Positions 20,461 through 30,249 are shown, counted from the first letter of the stretch. The stretch: 64,000 nt of DNA from Longimicrobiales bacterium (GCA_963664435.2 CAXXKM010000002.1:448001-512000); one strand, 5' to 3'. Notes: generated by a model from the sequence alone, not told the origin. Translations and numbers: made by a program.

Positions 20461-20850
20461 GGCTCTTGGGGATACTCCACCGGTTTGGAGTACGCGCCGG
20501 ATCAGGGTGCGGGCGAGCTGGGGATCAGGGCTCCGGCTCGGGTGACAGCCCGGTGGGGACGGTTCTACGCCAACGCACATTCGGGATCGTGAGGACTGTG
20601 CGGACGAGGAGGTGACCGAGGCCATTCTCCCCACGGCACGCATACGGGAGAAATCAGGCTCCAGGTCTCCCACCTCGCGCCGAGGAGCGGCCCCGACCAG
20701 ACCTACCGGGCCGCCCCCTCTCCCACGGTGTACCTGCGGTCCGCGACGGGGATTGGATGCGACGATGGAGTCGCTTAGGTTTAGATCTTAGAGGTGGCGC
20801 GTCAGGTTCGTTTCCGCATCGTTCGCGAAGGGAGAGGGGGGTTTCAGCGC

Positions 20851-21453
20851 GTGACACCGCAAGTCGTTGACCTAGCGTTCCGCCTCACTGGTAGCGACCT
20901 GCCCACGGATCACGGGTACTTCCTTTTTGCCGCTATCTCGAAGAACCTAGCTCCTTTTCACGCGGCTTCCGGCTGGGGTGTCCATCCGGTTCGCGGCACA
21001 CCCTTGGGGAACGGCACGCTCGCCCTTTCCGAGTCCAGCCGCCTCGTGATGCGGTTGCCAGCCGACGATATCCGGCGCGCCATTTCTCTGGCAGGGAAAC
21101 GGTTGGACATCGGCGGTCGGACCGTTCGTGTGGGAGTGCCCGAGATTCGTCCTCTTCGGGCCGCTCGGCACCTGTTCTCGCGTCTTGTCACGATCAAGGG
21201 CTTCGCCGATGCGCCGGACGAGTTTGCCGAAGCGTGTACTCGGCAGCTTGAGACCCTGGCCGTGCGGGAGGCTCAAATGGGCGTGGATAAGCGGCGCGTG
21301 ATGGACGTCAAGGGATACACCATCGTCGGCTTTTCGGTTCGGCTTTCCGGCCTGAACGAGGGGGATTCGGTGCTTGTCCAAGAACGCGGGCTCGGTGGAA
21401 AACGGAAGATGGGTGCCGGGATCTTCGTACCGATTCGTCCCAAGCATGCCTGA
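20851..21453 (+). CDS. cas6: Cas6 (Myxan-type Cmx6)
   Basis: VDLAF..G..LPTDHGY.LFAAIS and C-terminal GLGGKRKMGAGIFVP. Confidence 0.92.
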   Translation: MTPQVVDLAFRLTGSDLPTDHGYFLFAAISKNLAPFHAASGWGVHPVRGTPLGNGTLALSESSRLVMRLPADDIRRAISLAGKRLDIGGRTVRVGVPEIRPLRAARHLFSRLVTIKGFADAPDEFAEACTRQLETLAVREAQMGVDKRRVMDVKGYTIVGFSVRLSGLNEGDSVLVQERGLGGKRKMGAGIFVPIRPKHA

Positions 21454-23677
21454 GGTGCCTGCTTTTCCAGTGCTGCTCGCGAAGTCCCGGGTTTCTGCAC
21501 AAGGCGAAGCCATTACGGTCGCCGACCATTGTGTGGAGGCGGCGGATTGCGCGGCAGCGATTGTCGAGGCGGCCGGCTCCAGGCTTGCGGCGTTTTTCGG
21601 GCTGGACGATTCGGACGAGGAGCGACTCGAGTCGCTCCTCCGCATCGCTGCGCTCATGCACGACCTGGGGAAGGCCGGAGCTTCATTCCAAGCCCAGATG
21701 CACGAGGCGGCGCGCGAGGCCCACCCGTTCAGGCACGAGGCGCTCTCGGTCGCCGTGTGCATGGATCCGGCGGGGCTTGGATGCTGGATCCGGCGAGCGA
21801 TTCCTGACGCTTGCGGTCGGGCGGCCGTGCTCGTTGCGGTGATGGGTCATCACGTCCGTGCGTCGCCGTCGGCACCCGCGGCGCGGACGCCGCGGGACGA
21901 GGTCGTGTACCTCGACCACCCCTCTCTCTCGTCCCTCTGGCAACATCTCGCGCGCCTTACCCGGGCCCAGCGGGTTCCCGAGCCGGAAAGACTCACCCTT
22001 CCGAGAGCCGCTTGGGAGGACCTGCTGTTCGAGTACGTCATGTTTGTCCGGGACGCCGTTCGCTCGGCGCCGCAGGCCGAGCGAGCGAGCCTGGTGTCGC
22101 TCGCCGCCTGCTGCAAGGCGGTTCTCGTCGCTGCGGATACGGTGGCGTCCGCGCGGATCAGCGGGCAGGATACTGCGGCCTTATGGGCCAAGACCGTTCT
22201 TCGCCGAGGCCTACAGTCGGACGAACTCGACCGAATCGTGGATGCGCGCCTCGGTGGACGGCCACCCTACCCCTTTCAGGAGAAGGTGGCCGCCTCCGAC
22301 GAGCGGGTGACTCTCGTTGAAGCCGGATGCGGGAACGGGAAGACTCTTGCCGCCTACATGTGGGCCCGACGAAGTGCCGTCGGTCGTCGCCTCGTGTTCT
22401 GCTATCCGACGACAGGCACGACTTCGGCCGGGTTTCAGGACTACCTCCTCGCCCAGACCGAACTCGAGCGCGCCCTCATGCACGGCCGCGCGTCGGCCGA
22501 CATCGAGCACATCCTCGATAATGGCGCAGCGTATGAGGATGATTCGCTTTGGGTCGCCGACGTGCTGGACCTCTGGGGAACGAAAGTGGTGGCGTGTACG
22601 GTGGATTCGGTTCTCTCGCTACTGGCTTGCTGGCGTCGTGCCCTCGCTGCCGCTCCCGTCTTCGCGCAATCGGCGTTCGTGTTCGACGAAGTGCATAGCT
22701 ACGACGATCAACTCTTCGGCGCTTTTCTCGCGTTTCTTCGCTGGACCCGAGCATCCTGCCTCGTGATGACGGCGAGCCTGTCCGACGCGCGAAGGGCCGC
22801 GATCGAAAAAGCGTACGGGAGACCGCTCCAGCCGATCGGGGGAGAACCCACCATGGAGGATGCGGAGCGCTACCGCATCGCACGTGTGCACCCAGAAGAA
22901 GTTGCCGAGTGGGTCGAGAAGTCCCGCAAGAGCGGGGGCAAGGTCCTGTACGTCGCCAATACGGTCGCGCGTGCGCTCGTGGCATTCAACCGTTTCGGAA
23001 CCCGCTGGAGCCCTGACGCTCGGCTCTATCACAGCCGCTTCAGGTATGAGGATCGAGTACGGGTCCAGGGAGAAGTGCTGGAGCTCTTTCGGAGGCGCGG
23101 CCCGGCCTTTGTCGCTGCCACGCAGGTCTGCGAGATGTCCCTTGACATCAGTGCCACCCTCCTCATCTCGGAGCTGGCGCCATTTCCTGCGCTCGTGCAG
23201 CGGCTGGGCCGCCTGAACCGGCGCGCTCGCGAGCCGGTGGCAGTCTGCCCAGCTCTCATCGTCGAGCCCCCGGACCCGCAACCCTACGACAAGGAGGCGC
23301 TGTCGGTGGCGGACCGGAAGCTCGTGTCCCTGGATGGCCAATCGTCATCGCAGCGCGATCTCGCGCGTGCGCTGGCCGGGATGCCGGACGGACCGTACGA
23401 GGACCGCATCATGCCCCTGCTCAGCCCATTCGACCTCGCCGGGACTCAGCCCGGAATGTTGCGCGACGGCTCGGTGTCGATGCCGGTGGTTCGGGAAGAG
23501 GACCTTCCATGTTCGCGGAAACGCATCACGCGAGCCGAACTAGTTCGGCTCACGATTCCGATGCTTCTGCCGAAGGACCATGATGTAAGACGCTGGCCCC
23601 GCCTGCGGGGGACGATCGTGGCACCCGCCGGGAGCATCGACTACGATCCGGTAAGGGGTGCGCGATGGCGGAACTAA
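21446..23677 (+). CDS. cas3: Cas3 HD nuclease-helicase
   Basis: LLAKS, MHDLGKA, GHH, AGCGNGKT, FDEVH, MTAS, YHSRF and QRLGRLNR motifs. Confidence 0.95.
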   Translation: MPEVPAFPVLLAKSRVSAQGEAITVADHCVEAADCAAAIVEAAGSRLAAFFGLDDSDEERLESLLRIAALMHDLGKAGASFQAQMHEAAREAHPFRHEALSVAVCMDPAGLGCWIRRAIPDACGRAAVLVAVMGHHVRASPSAPAARTPRDEVVYLDHPSLSSLWQHLARLTRAQRVPEPERLTLPRAAWEDLLFEYVMFVRDAVRSAPQAERASLVSLAACCKAVLVAADTVASARISGQDTAALWAKTVLRRGLQSDELDRIVDARLGGRPPYPFQEKVAASDERVTLVEAGCGNGKTLAAYMWARRSAVGRRLVFCYPTTGTTSAGFQDYLLAQTELERALMHGRASADIEHILDNGAAYEDDSLWVADVLDLWGTKVVACTVDSVLSLLACWRRALAAAPVFAQSAFVFDEVHSYDDQLFGAFLAFLRWTRASCLVMTASLSDARRAAIEKAYGRPLQPIGGEPTMEDAERYRIARVHPEEVAEWVEKSRKSGGKVLYVANTVARALVAFNRFGTRWSPDARLYHSRFRYEDRVRVQGEVLELFRRRGPAFVAATQVCEMSLDISATLLISELAPFPALVQRLGRLNRRAREPVAVCPALIVEPPDPQPYDKEALSVADRKLVSLDGQSSSQRDLARALAGMPDGPYEDRIMPLLSPFDLAGTQPGMLRDGSVSMPVVREEDLPCSRKRITRAELVRLTIPMLLPKDHDVRRWPRLRGTIVAPAGSIDYDPVRGARWRN

Positions 23678-25263
23678 CTTGGTCTGTCACAGCGCCCGGC
23701 CTCAACGCCCTCGAGCGCTGCGGCCTCGGAGCGATGGCCGCCACGATCGATGCCGCGGATCAGGAGGGGTTCGACCTGACGCCGCTCGACGCATCGTTCG
23801 ATCACGATTCCGTTATGCTCAGCTGGCCCGACGACTATCGGCCCAGCGCAGCACTCGCGAAGCTCATCAGGTTCGCTTGGCAGGCTCGGCAATCCACGAG
23901 CCCCGACGGCCTCGGGGTGCTCTACCTTCCGGCGATCCACCGGGGCTCCGCCAGCGATTCCTATCTGGAGCGCTTGCTTGAGAACAGCGGCATCCTCCGG
24001 ACGTTTCTCCAACATCCGCGAATCCAACCGAAGACCCGTCCGCCGACACGACAGACGATTGAGTTGGAGGGAGCGCGCTCAATCGAAGTCCGTTTCGTGG
24101 AGCCCAGCACGAACCTCAAGTACGTCTCTGACTTCTCGGGCAAGCTCTTCGGCGGGACAGGTAACCTCAAAGCACGCGTCGACCTCGCGCAGTACATCAT
24201 GCCGGGGGGGACCGCACGACACGGCGGCGAGGAGTCTTGGACCGGTTCGGCCATCCAGGCCGTTCCTCTTTTCTTCGCGCCGATCGGTTGCTTCTTCCTT
24301 AGGGCACAGGAGTCCTCCTGGGTGGTCGTGGTGCCTGATGTCACCGACCTGGCGGCGTTCGCATCAGTGCGGCCGCTCGTAGGCATCGGCTGGAAGGAGG
24401 CGGAGGTTCGAAGCCTAGAGGACGCCGGACTCCGGGTCGCCGTCGCTTATCGGACCCAAACTACGACGCGCCGTCTCGCCCTCAGAGGATTCGAGGTGTT
24501 GAGGGTGGGTCGTGTGGCTTGGAACAAGCAGCAGAGCGTCCGCTCGCACTTCTGTCGGTTGCGGCCCGGCATGAAGGAGTTGGACGAGTTCGAAACGGTG
24601 CTCCGACACCTGTCGAACCGATACTGCACCCGGAAGGACGGAGAGGGCGACTTCGTTTCAGTGCCGACGCCACGAGGGAGGATCGCGGCCAACCTCGTGC
24701 ACGGCCACTACTGGTACCGCTCCCTGTTCGACATCCCGAAGGAAGACCGCGAGGAAGTGAAGAACCTGAGCCGAAGAAACGAGTCGGAAGAACGAGCCTG
24801 GTTCCGACTCGTCGGCTACGAACGAAGAGCACTGACTGCTATCGCAGAGGAGTTGCCGATGGACGCTGATCGAGAGTTGGACCGGCTGTTCCAACACGCC
24901 ATCCATGAGGCGATGGCGCGCCGGTTCAGGCAAGAAGCAGAGTACGCGAAGCGCGGTGCGAGGTCGATCCAGGACCGATGGGACGACTTTCGCGAGTCCT
25001 CCCGGCGACTGTTATCGAGATCAAATACCCGCTCCACGCTCCGGACGGCGATCGCGGGGTTCTTCGCGGAGGCCGGAGGTAGCCGAACGCTTCGGGAGAA
25101 CGCTCAGGCCATCTGGGCCTTCATAGATTCGCCCGCCACGTGGCGCCGGGCTCGGGATCTCGCCCTGTTCTCGGTAGTGACCTACCAGCGCAAGGCGGAT
25201 CCGGAAGAGGGCGAAGCAGAAAAGGGTGAGGGAGAGGTTGGGGATGTCGAGCAGAGCGATTGA
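23665..25263 (+). CDS. cas8a1: Large subunit Cas8a1/Cmx1 (DevT-like)
   Basis: N-terminal PGL.ALERCGLGAMA, PGG..RH, LFFAPIGC and GRVAWNKQQ motifs; position between cas3 and cas7. Confidence 0.8.
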   Translation: MAELTWSVTAPGLNALERCGLGAMAATIDAADQEGFDLTPLDASFDHDSVMLSWPDDYRPSAALAKLIRFAWQARQSTSPDGLGVLYLPAIHRGSASDSYLERLLENSGILRTFLQHPRIQPKTRPPTRQTIELEGARSIEVRFVEPSTNLKYVSDFSGKLFGGTGNLKARVDLAQYIMPGGTARHGGEESWTGSAIQAVPLFFAPIGCFFLRAQESSWVVVVPDVTDLAAFASVRPLVGIGWKEAEVRSLEDAGLRVAVAYRTQTTTRRLALRGFEVLRVGRVAWNKQQSVRSHFCRLRPGMKELDEFETVLRHLSNRYCTRKDGEGDFVSVPTPRGRIAANLVHGHYWYRSLFDIPKEDREEVKNLSRRNESEERAWFRLVGYERRALTAIAEELPMDADRELDRLFQHAIHEAMARRFRQEAEYAKRGARSIQDRWDDFRESSRRLLSRSNTRSTLRTAIAGFFAEAGGSRTLRENAQAIWAFIDSPATWRRARDLALFSVVTYQRKADPEEGEAEKGEGEVGDVEQSD

Positions 25264-25304
25264 AACCAGGGCGAACTGAATTCAAACCAGAGCGGAGATC
25301 TACC

Positions 25305-26174
25305 ATGGCCCACCATCTCTTCGGAACGGTCCTCACGCCTCACGGCATTGCTTCGAACAATCGGGGCGAGTCAGCGGGCAACGTGACCACGTTGCAGAAG
25401 GTCATCAAGGACGATGGACTTTTCACGACTGTGAGCGCGGAGGCGATTCGCTATGCGATTCGCGAAGCGTTCACCGAGGGCGGCAAGGTCGTGAATCGGA
25501 GGATAACTTCCGGCGGGAGTGACTGGAGGGACCCGAAGTTCGAGAACTGGCAGGCGCATCTGGACGACGACCTGCTCGGCTTCATGCTCCCCGACAAGGA
25601 GACCGTGAAGCGTCGCGGTCGACTGGAAATCAGCCGCGCTTTGAGCACACGTCCGTGGCCGGGCGACGTGGTCTTCAATGCCGCCGCGGTCGGAGCGCAG
25701 TCATCGGGCAATCCCAAACGGTCATCGGGGAACCCCAATCCGATGCCCTACGGGACCGAGATTCACGCGACGCGCTATCAATACTCCTTCGCCCTCACGC
25801 CCGAGACTCTCGAGGATCGCGCGCGGGCCATTGACGCCCTAGAGAGCATACGAGATCTTCGCCGGGTGGCGGGCAACCACAGCCGGTATCTCTACGATTT
25901 TTCGCCCGACGCAGTCGTCCTGCGCTGGACGCATGACCCGGCTCCACGGCTAATGTATTGCTTCGAGCAGGATGAGCTCGGCACGATCACTGCCGATTCG
26001 CTCCTCTCGCGTGTCGGCTCCGGCGACATCGATGCGAGCGAAGTGGTGGTTGGAGGTCCTGCGGCTCTTGCTCTACGGGACCGCCTCACCGCTGCGGGCA
26101 GTCATTTCGCGGAAGGTGTGAAGGACGCCTTTCAAGAAATCGAGGCAAGACTGCGGCGTCACCTGGGACTCTAG
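25305..26174 (+). CDS. cas7: Cas7 (DevR-like)
   Basis: ASNNRGE..GN.TTLQK, TVSAEAIRYA, DDDLLGFM, EIHATRYQY and VAGNHSRYLYDFSP motifs. Confidence 0.93.
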   Translation: MAHHLFGTVLTPHGIASNNRGESAGNVTTLQKVIKDDGLFTTVSAEAIRYAIREAFTEGGKVVNRRITSGGSDWRDPKFENWQAHLDDDLLGFMLPDKETVKRRGRLEISRALSTRPWPGDVVFNAAAVGAQSSGNPKRSSGNPNPMPYGTEIHATRYQYSFALTPETLEDRARAIDALESIRDLRRVAGNHSRYLYDFSPDAVVLRWTHDPAPRLMYCFEQDELGTITADSLLSRVGSGDIDASEVVVGGPAALALRDRLTAAGSHFAEGVKDAFQEIEARLRRHLGL

Positions 26175-26176
26175 AG

Positions 26177-26800
26177 GTGGACGGGGTTGTGGTCAGCGCG
26201 TCCGTGCCGGTCGCCTCATTTCGTCCGTATCTGTCGAGGGATTACCAGGACACGTACCCGGCTCCTCCGCCAGCCACGGTGTTCGGCATGCTGCTCTCCC
26301 TCTGCGGCATCACGGAGGCGGCTCGCTCCGACTACGGAGGGACCGAACTCGCGATCATGGTGGATCGCGTTCGCGAGCCGTCCAGAGTGCTCAGGAAGCT
26401 CCGCCGGGATCCCGCTTCGCATAGGGGGCGCGGAATCGCAAAATACCGGCCCGACTACCAAGAACTGATCCTCGGACTTCGAGCGTGGATCGCAGTGCGG
26501 CAAGGTGACGCCGCTAGTGACCTCCCGGATTGTGTCCGGGACGCCTTGGAGCACCCCGAAAGCTTGGACCGCTACGGGGCGCTTTCGCTTGGCGAGAGCA
26601 CGTTCCTAGTCGACGAGATCGCAGTCTGCGACTCCCCGCCAGCAGGCGGCACCGTTCTCCACCCGGACGATACCGGATCGCTTACTCTTCCCGTCTGGGT
26701 CGACTACAAAGACCCATCGGCGACCAGGCTTCAACGATTCGGCCTCGTGGAGCGCCCCCTCGCAGAGGAGGACTATGTCCAAGTCGGACCGGGAGCCTGA
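26177..26800 (+). CDS. cas5: Cas5 (DevS-like)
   Basis: VPVASFR...RDY..TYP.PPPATVFGMLLSL, RYG.LSLGES and LPVWVD motifs. Confidence 0.92.
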   Translation: MDGVVVSASVPVASFRPYLSRDYQDTYPAPPPATVFGMLLSLCGITEAARSDYGGTELAIMVDRVREPSRVLRKLRRDPASHRGRGIAKYRPDYQELILGLRAWIAVRQGDAASDLPDCVRDALEHPESLDRYGALSLGESTFLVDEIAVCDSPPAGGTVLHPDDTGSLTLPVWVDYKDPSATRLQRFGLVERPLAEEDYVQVGPGA

Positions 26801-28448
26801 CAGAAGAGGAAGCGGCGCCCTCGGGCTCCGATCGAATCCGACCGAGGATTCGCTCGACTTGGTGCCCGTAATGGCTCTTCACGCCCTCGCCTACTGCCCC
26901 CGCCTCTTCTACCTCGAGAACGTCGAAGGACAGCGTGTGGCCAACGCCAGGGTGTACGCTGGCCGCGAGCTTCACTCCTCACTCGAGCACAAGCACGAAG
27001 ACTCTCTGCACGTCGTCTCCTCCCGATTGGGGCTGCAGGGACGCGTCGATTTCATTCGGTCTGACAGGGAAGAGTTGATCCCTGTCGAGGTCAAGCGCGG
27101 GAGGGCGAAACGAACCGACACCGGACTCACTGGATGGCCATCTGACGTACTCCAAGTGGGTGCGTATGCCATGCTTTTGGAGGAATCTCTGGAAACCGCC
27201 GTTGGGCATGCACGCATCCACTACGCGCGTGATCGCGCTTGGGTTCACGTGGAGGTTACGGATGACCTCCGCCGCGACGTACAAGACGCAGTGGATGAGG
27301 CCAAGAGGCTCAGCGCGTCCTCACGACGCCCTCCGGTGGCCGAAAACGAGAACCTCTGCAAGCATTGCAGTCTCTCCGTGGTATGTTTGCCGGACGAGGA
27401 AAGGTTGGTCGAAAATCGGACGTTGCCGGCCCCGCCGGATGATGACCGTCAGGTGGTTCACGTCACCGACCCGGGATCGCGGATCGGGAAGTCTGCGCTG
27501 TGTCTCAGGGTTCGAGCGGTCGGTGGGAGCGTCACGGATCTTCCCATTGCGCAGGTTCACTCGGTCGTGCTGCACGGTAACGTCCAACTCACGTCGCAAG
27601 CTATCCGACTCTGCGTGCAACGTGGTGTAGGCGTGCACTGGTTGACCGGGAGTGGACGCTATCTCGGTTCGCTCGCAGCGTCCGTGGGGAATCCCACGCG
27701 TCGGATCCGCCAGTACGAGGCGCTACTGGACGCAGACACTCGCCTCAGACTGGTTCTCGCTCTCGTTTCGGCCCGGATCTGGAACCAATACCGCTACCTG
27801 CTGAGAGCCTCGCGCGGCAAGGAGCAACTCCGCGCGAACGTGCAGCCGTTCCTTCGGGAACTTCGGACTGCGACGCACCGTCTCAATCGGCAGTCCAACG
27901 TGGACTCGATCAGAGGGATCGAGGGGGCGGCCGGTCGAGCGTACCACGGCGGATTGAGGAAGCTCATACAGCCCCCGGAGTTCGCGTCTCAACGAAGGAC
28001 GCGACGACCAGCCCAGGATCCCTTCAATGCTCTTTTGAACTACTCGTATTCGCTCCTGCTGGCGAGGATTGCCAATGCCGTCGTGGCCTGTGGCATCGAC
28101 CCGCATCTAGGGTTCTACCACACGGATCGCTCGACGGCCCCACCGCTGACGCTGGACTTGATGGAACTGTTTCGCGTGCCCTTGTGCGACGTGGCGATTC
28201 TCGGTGCGATCAACCGACGTACCTGGCGGCTGAGTGACTTTGATTGTTCGGATCTCGGCGTGCGCCTGTCACGCCACGTCCGGACCCAGGTGATCGAGTT
28301 GTTCGAACGGCGGCTTGACGCCTCATGGAAGCATCCAGCCACACGCCACTCGCTGCCCTACCGAAAGGTGATCGAGTTGGAAGTCCAGCTACTGGAGAAG
28401 GAGTGGTCTGGATCAGAGGGTCAGTTCGCCCAAGCGAGGTTGCGATGA
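26775..28448 (+). CDS. cas1: Cas4-Cas1 fusion (start uncertain)
   Basis: Cas4: YCPR, PVEVKRG, C..CSL..C. Cas1: RGIEG, DPFNALLNY.Y, LGFYH, LDLMELFR. Confidence 0.93.
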   Translation: MSKSDREPDRRGSGALGLRSNPTEDSLDLVPVMALHALAYCPRLFYLENVEGQRVANARVYAGRELHSSLEHKHEDSLHVVSSRLGLQGRVDFIRSDREELIPVEVKRGRAKRTDTGLTGWPSDVLQVGAYAMLLEESLETAVGHARIHYARDRAWVHVEVTDDLRRDVQDAVDEAKRLSASSRRPPVAENENLCKHCSLSVVCLPDEERLVENRTLPAPPDDDRQVVHVTDPGSRIGKSALCLRVRAVGGSVTDLPIAQVHSVVLHGNVQLTSQAIRLCVQRGVGVHWLTGSGRYLGSLAASVGNPTRRIRQYEALLDADTRLRLVLALVSARIWNQYRYLLRASRGKEQLRANVQPFLRELRTATHRLNRQSNVDSIRGIEGAAGRAYHGGLRKLIQPPEFASQRRTRRPAQDPFNALLNYSYSLLLARIANAVVACGIDPHLGFYHTDRSTAPPLTLDLMELFRVPLCDVAILGAINRRTWRLSDFDCSDLGVRLSRHVRTQVIELFERRLDASWKHPATRHSLPYRKVIELEVQLLEKEWSGSEGQFAQARLR

Positions 28449-28771
28449 GCGGTCGTGCCGTTCCACCAAAAGGTGCGGGACGGTGGTACTTGGTCTGCTA
28501 TGACGTTCGTGATCCGAAACGCCTTCGACGGGTTGCAAGGATGCTTGAGGGGCACGGGGAGCGCATCCAATACTCCGTCTTTCGATGCTGGTTGTCGGCA
28601 TCTGGACTCGAACGACTCCGCTGGGAGTTAACGGAAGACTGTGTGGCCCAAGAAGATGACGTGATCTTCATTCCGCTCTGCTCACGTTGCGTCGCAGGGA
28701 TCAGAGTCACTCACAGTGCTCTCAAGGAGGGCTCGTGGGAGACACAACGGGGGCGGGTTCGGATTCTGTAG
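28445..28771 (+). CDS. cas2: Cas2
   Basis: WYLVCYDVRDPKRLRRV and RIQYSVF motifs. Confidence 0.93.
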   Translation: MSGRAVPPKGAGRWYLVCYDVRDPKRLRRVARMLEGHGERIQYSVFRCWLSASGLERLRWELTEDCVAQEDDVIFIPLCSRCVAGIRVTHSALKEGSWETQRGRVRIL

Positions 28772-28891
28772 TCTCGTGATTCAAGCATCGGGGGGGTACG
28801 GCAAACAAGGTCGCTTTTTGACAACAAGGAAACGGGGGTCCATGAAAAACTCCCTGCAAGAACGCTTGCCGCTTACCTTTACAGAGGAGCG
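28772..28891 (+). promoter_or_regulatory. Putative CRISPR leader of array 1
   Basis: AT-richer 120-bp gap between cas2 and the first repeat. Repeat polarity (hairpin then 8-nt TTGAGCAC handle) implies plus-strand transcription. Confidence 0.6.
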
Positions 28892-29428
28892 GTGAGAACC
28901 GCTTTGATGCCGGAAGGCGTTGAGCACAGGCTTGCCGAGGTCACGCGCGAGGAGATGGATCGCGTGAGAACCGCTTTGATGCCGGAAGGCGTTGAGCACT
29001 GGGAGCGCGTGCGCACCTCTGCCGGAGCGCTGCTGGTGAGAACCGCTTTGATGCCGGAAGGCGTTGAGCACTGAGAGGCGAGTGCTGGAGCGCGCAGGAC
29101 GGGCGCTGTGAGAACCGCTTTGATGCCGGAAGGCGTTGAGCACAAGTGCAGTTCGTTGGTGCCGTTCCGGAACGCGGCGTGAGAACCGCTTTGATGCCGG
29201 AAGGCGTTGAGCACACCATCACCGGCGGCTGCGTGGCTGGCGAGTACGAAGTGAGAACCGCTTTGATGCCGGAAGGCGTTGAGCACAACGTGAGGATGTA
29301 CTCGTGAGCCTTGGCCGTCCGGGTGAGAACCGCTTTGATGCCGGAAGGCGTTGAGCACTAGAAGGCGCCGAAATTGCGCAGCACGACCCGGTGTGAGAAC
29401 CGCTTTGATGCCGGAAGGCGTTGAGCAC
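28892..29428 (+). CRISPR. CRISPR array 1: 8 identical 36-bp repeats GTGAGAACCGCTTTGATGCCGGAAGGCGTTGAGCAC and 7 spacers (34-36 bp)
   Basis: Repeats start at 28892, 28964, 29036, 29108, 29179, 29251, 29323 and 29393. Confidence 0.98.
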
Positions 29429-29552
29429 TACATAGACTGACCCCGTTTTCCGCCGTCGCTCCTACCAATGCCGTGGCGCTCGGGGGTTGGGGGTATTGCG
29501 TGTCTGGGGCTCTGGCGGACACCCTGAACCGACAGGTCCAAGAGAGGAACGG

Positions 29553-29706
29553 GATTCCCGCAGTTTGAGGCGATTTCCCTGCTGTTTCTGGACGACGAGA
29601 GCAGATGCGATTCAAGGGCAGAAAGCGCAGATCGTGCAGCCCTGTAAGTAGTTAGACGATTCGTTGCCCTGATTCGCGCTATTCTCAACCTGACCGGTAG
29701 TAGGGA
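29553..29706 (+). repeat. Putative attR: arm-like GATTCCCGCAGTT (29553-29565) and core ACCGGTAGTAGGGA (29693-29706)
   Basis: 12/13 match to the left arm motif and 13/14 match to the left core. CCTGTAAGT (29641-29649) is an inverted near-copy of ACTTACGGG (15922-15930). Confidence 0.68.
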
Positions 29707-29757
29707 TGAGGAGGCAGGGAATCCTTGACAGGCTGTGGGCGTTTGCCTCTCTTGTAT

Positions 29758-29771
29758 GTGCAATATTGCAC
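29758..29771. promoter_or_regulatory. Perfect 14-bp palindrome GTGCAATATTGCAC, likely antitoxin operator
   Basis: Lies 10 bp upstream of the antitoxin ATG; TTGACA at 29725-29730. Confidence 0.6.
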
Positions 29772-29781
29772 TGGAGAGCGA

Positions 29782-30213
29782 ATGACCACACAGGCCCTGG
29801 CTGAACATCTTGGGGGGCGGCAAGCTCTCGGCCGTGACATCCGGTCCGACCTCGACCTGGACGATGCGGTCCGGGCCGGGCTTCCCGTCAAAGCCGTTGA
29901 GACCGTGGTGAAGAACGGTGCTCTGCGCGCAACCGAACTTCATGCACTGGTCATCCCACGGCGTACGCTTGCCCACAGGAAGCGCCAGGGGAAGCGGCTG
30001 AGCAGCGAGCAGTCGGACCGCCTCACCCGGGTGGTCCGCGTCGTGGCCTCGGCGGAAGAAGCCATCGGCGACGGTGGAAAGGCAAGACGCTGGCTACGCA
30101 AGCCCAACCGTGCCCTCCAGGGACGGCGGCCACTGGATCTCCTGGCCAGCGATGTAGGCGCCCGCCTTGTGGAACAGGTGCTGGGGCGCATCGAGCATGG
30201 GCTGGGCGCGTAG
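29782..30213 (+). CDS. Xre/MbcA/ParS-type antitoxin
   Basis: IPRRTLAHRK...LS.EQSDRL.R, WL.KPNRAL.G..PLDLL and GRIEHG motifs. Confidence 0.9.
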   Translation: MTTQALAEHLGGRQALGRDIRSDLDLDDAVRAGLPVKAVETVVKNGALRATELHALVIPRRTLAHRKRQGKRLSSEQSDRLTRVVRVVASAEEAIGDGGKARRWLRKPNRALQGRRPLDLLASDVGARLVEQVLGRIEHGLGA

Positions 30214-30249
30214 CGCCAAGGCCACGCTCCCGGACACGCGGAATCGCGC

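Larger units (their letters stand above)
15875..29706. mobile_element. Integrative mobilizable element (~13.8 kb) carrying a Myxan-type I CRISPR-Cas system
   Basis: Direct repeat ACCGGTAGTA(A/G)GGA at 15875-15888 and 29693-29706. GATTCCCGC(T/A)G arm-like motifs inside both ends. Integrase, ColE1-like mob genes and oriT lie between. Confidence 0.75.

Noticed and set aside
20486..20493. TGGAGTAC, also at 15862-15869, as an alternative right end of the element
   Set aside because: Only 8 bp with no arm motifs nearby; the 29693 site has much stronger support.
15974..29428. CRISPR-guided integration (CAST-like) by the integrase plus Cascade
   Set aside because: Cas3 motifs look intact, there is no TniQ or TnsC, and no spacer matches the att site. 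The CRISPR system is better explained as cargo.
29429..29490. Possible degenerate repeat (AATGCCGTGGCGCT) after a short spacer, as in a homing crRNA
   Set aside because: Similarity is limited to a few bases, and the putative spacer does not match the att site.
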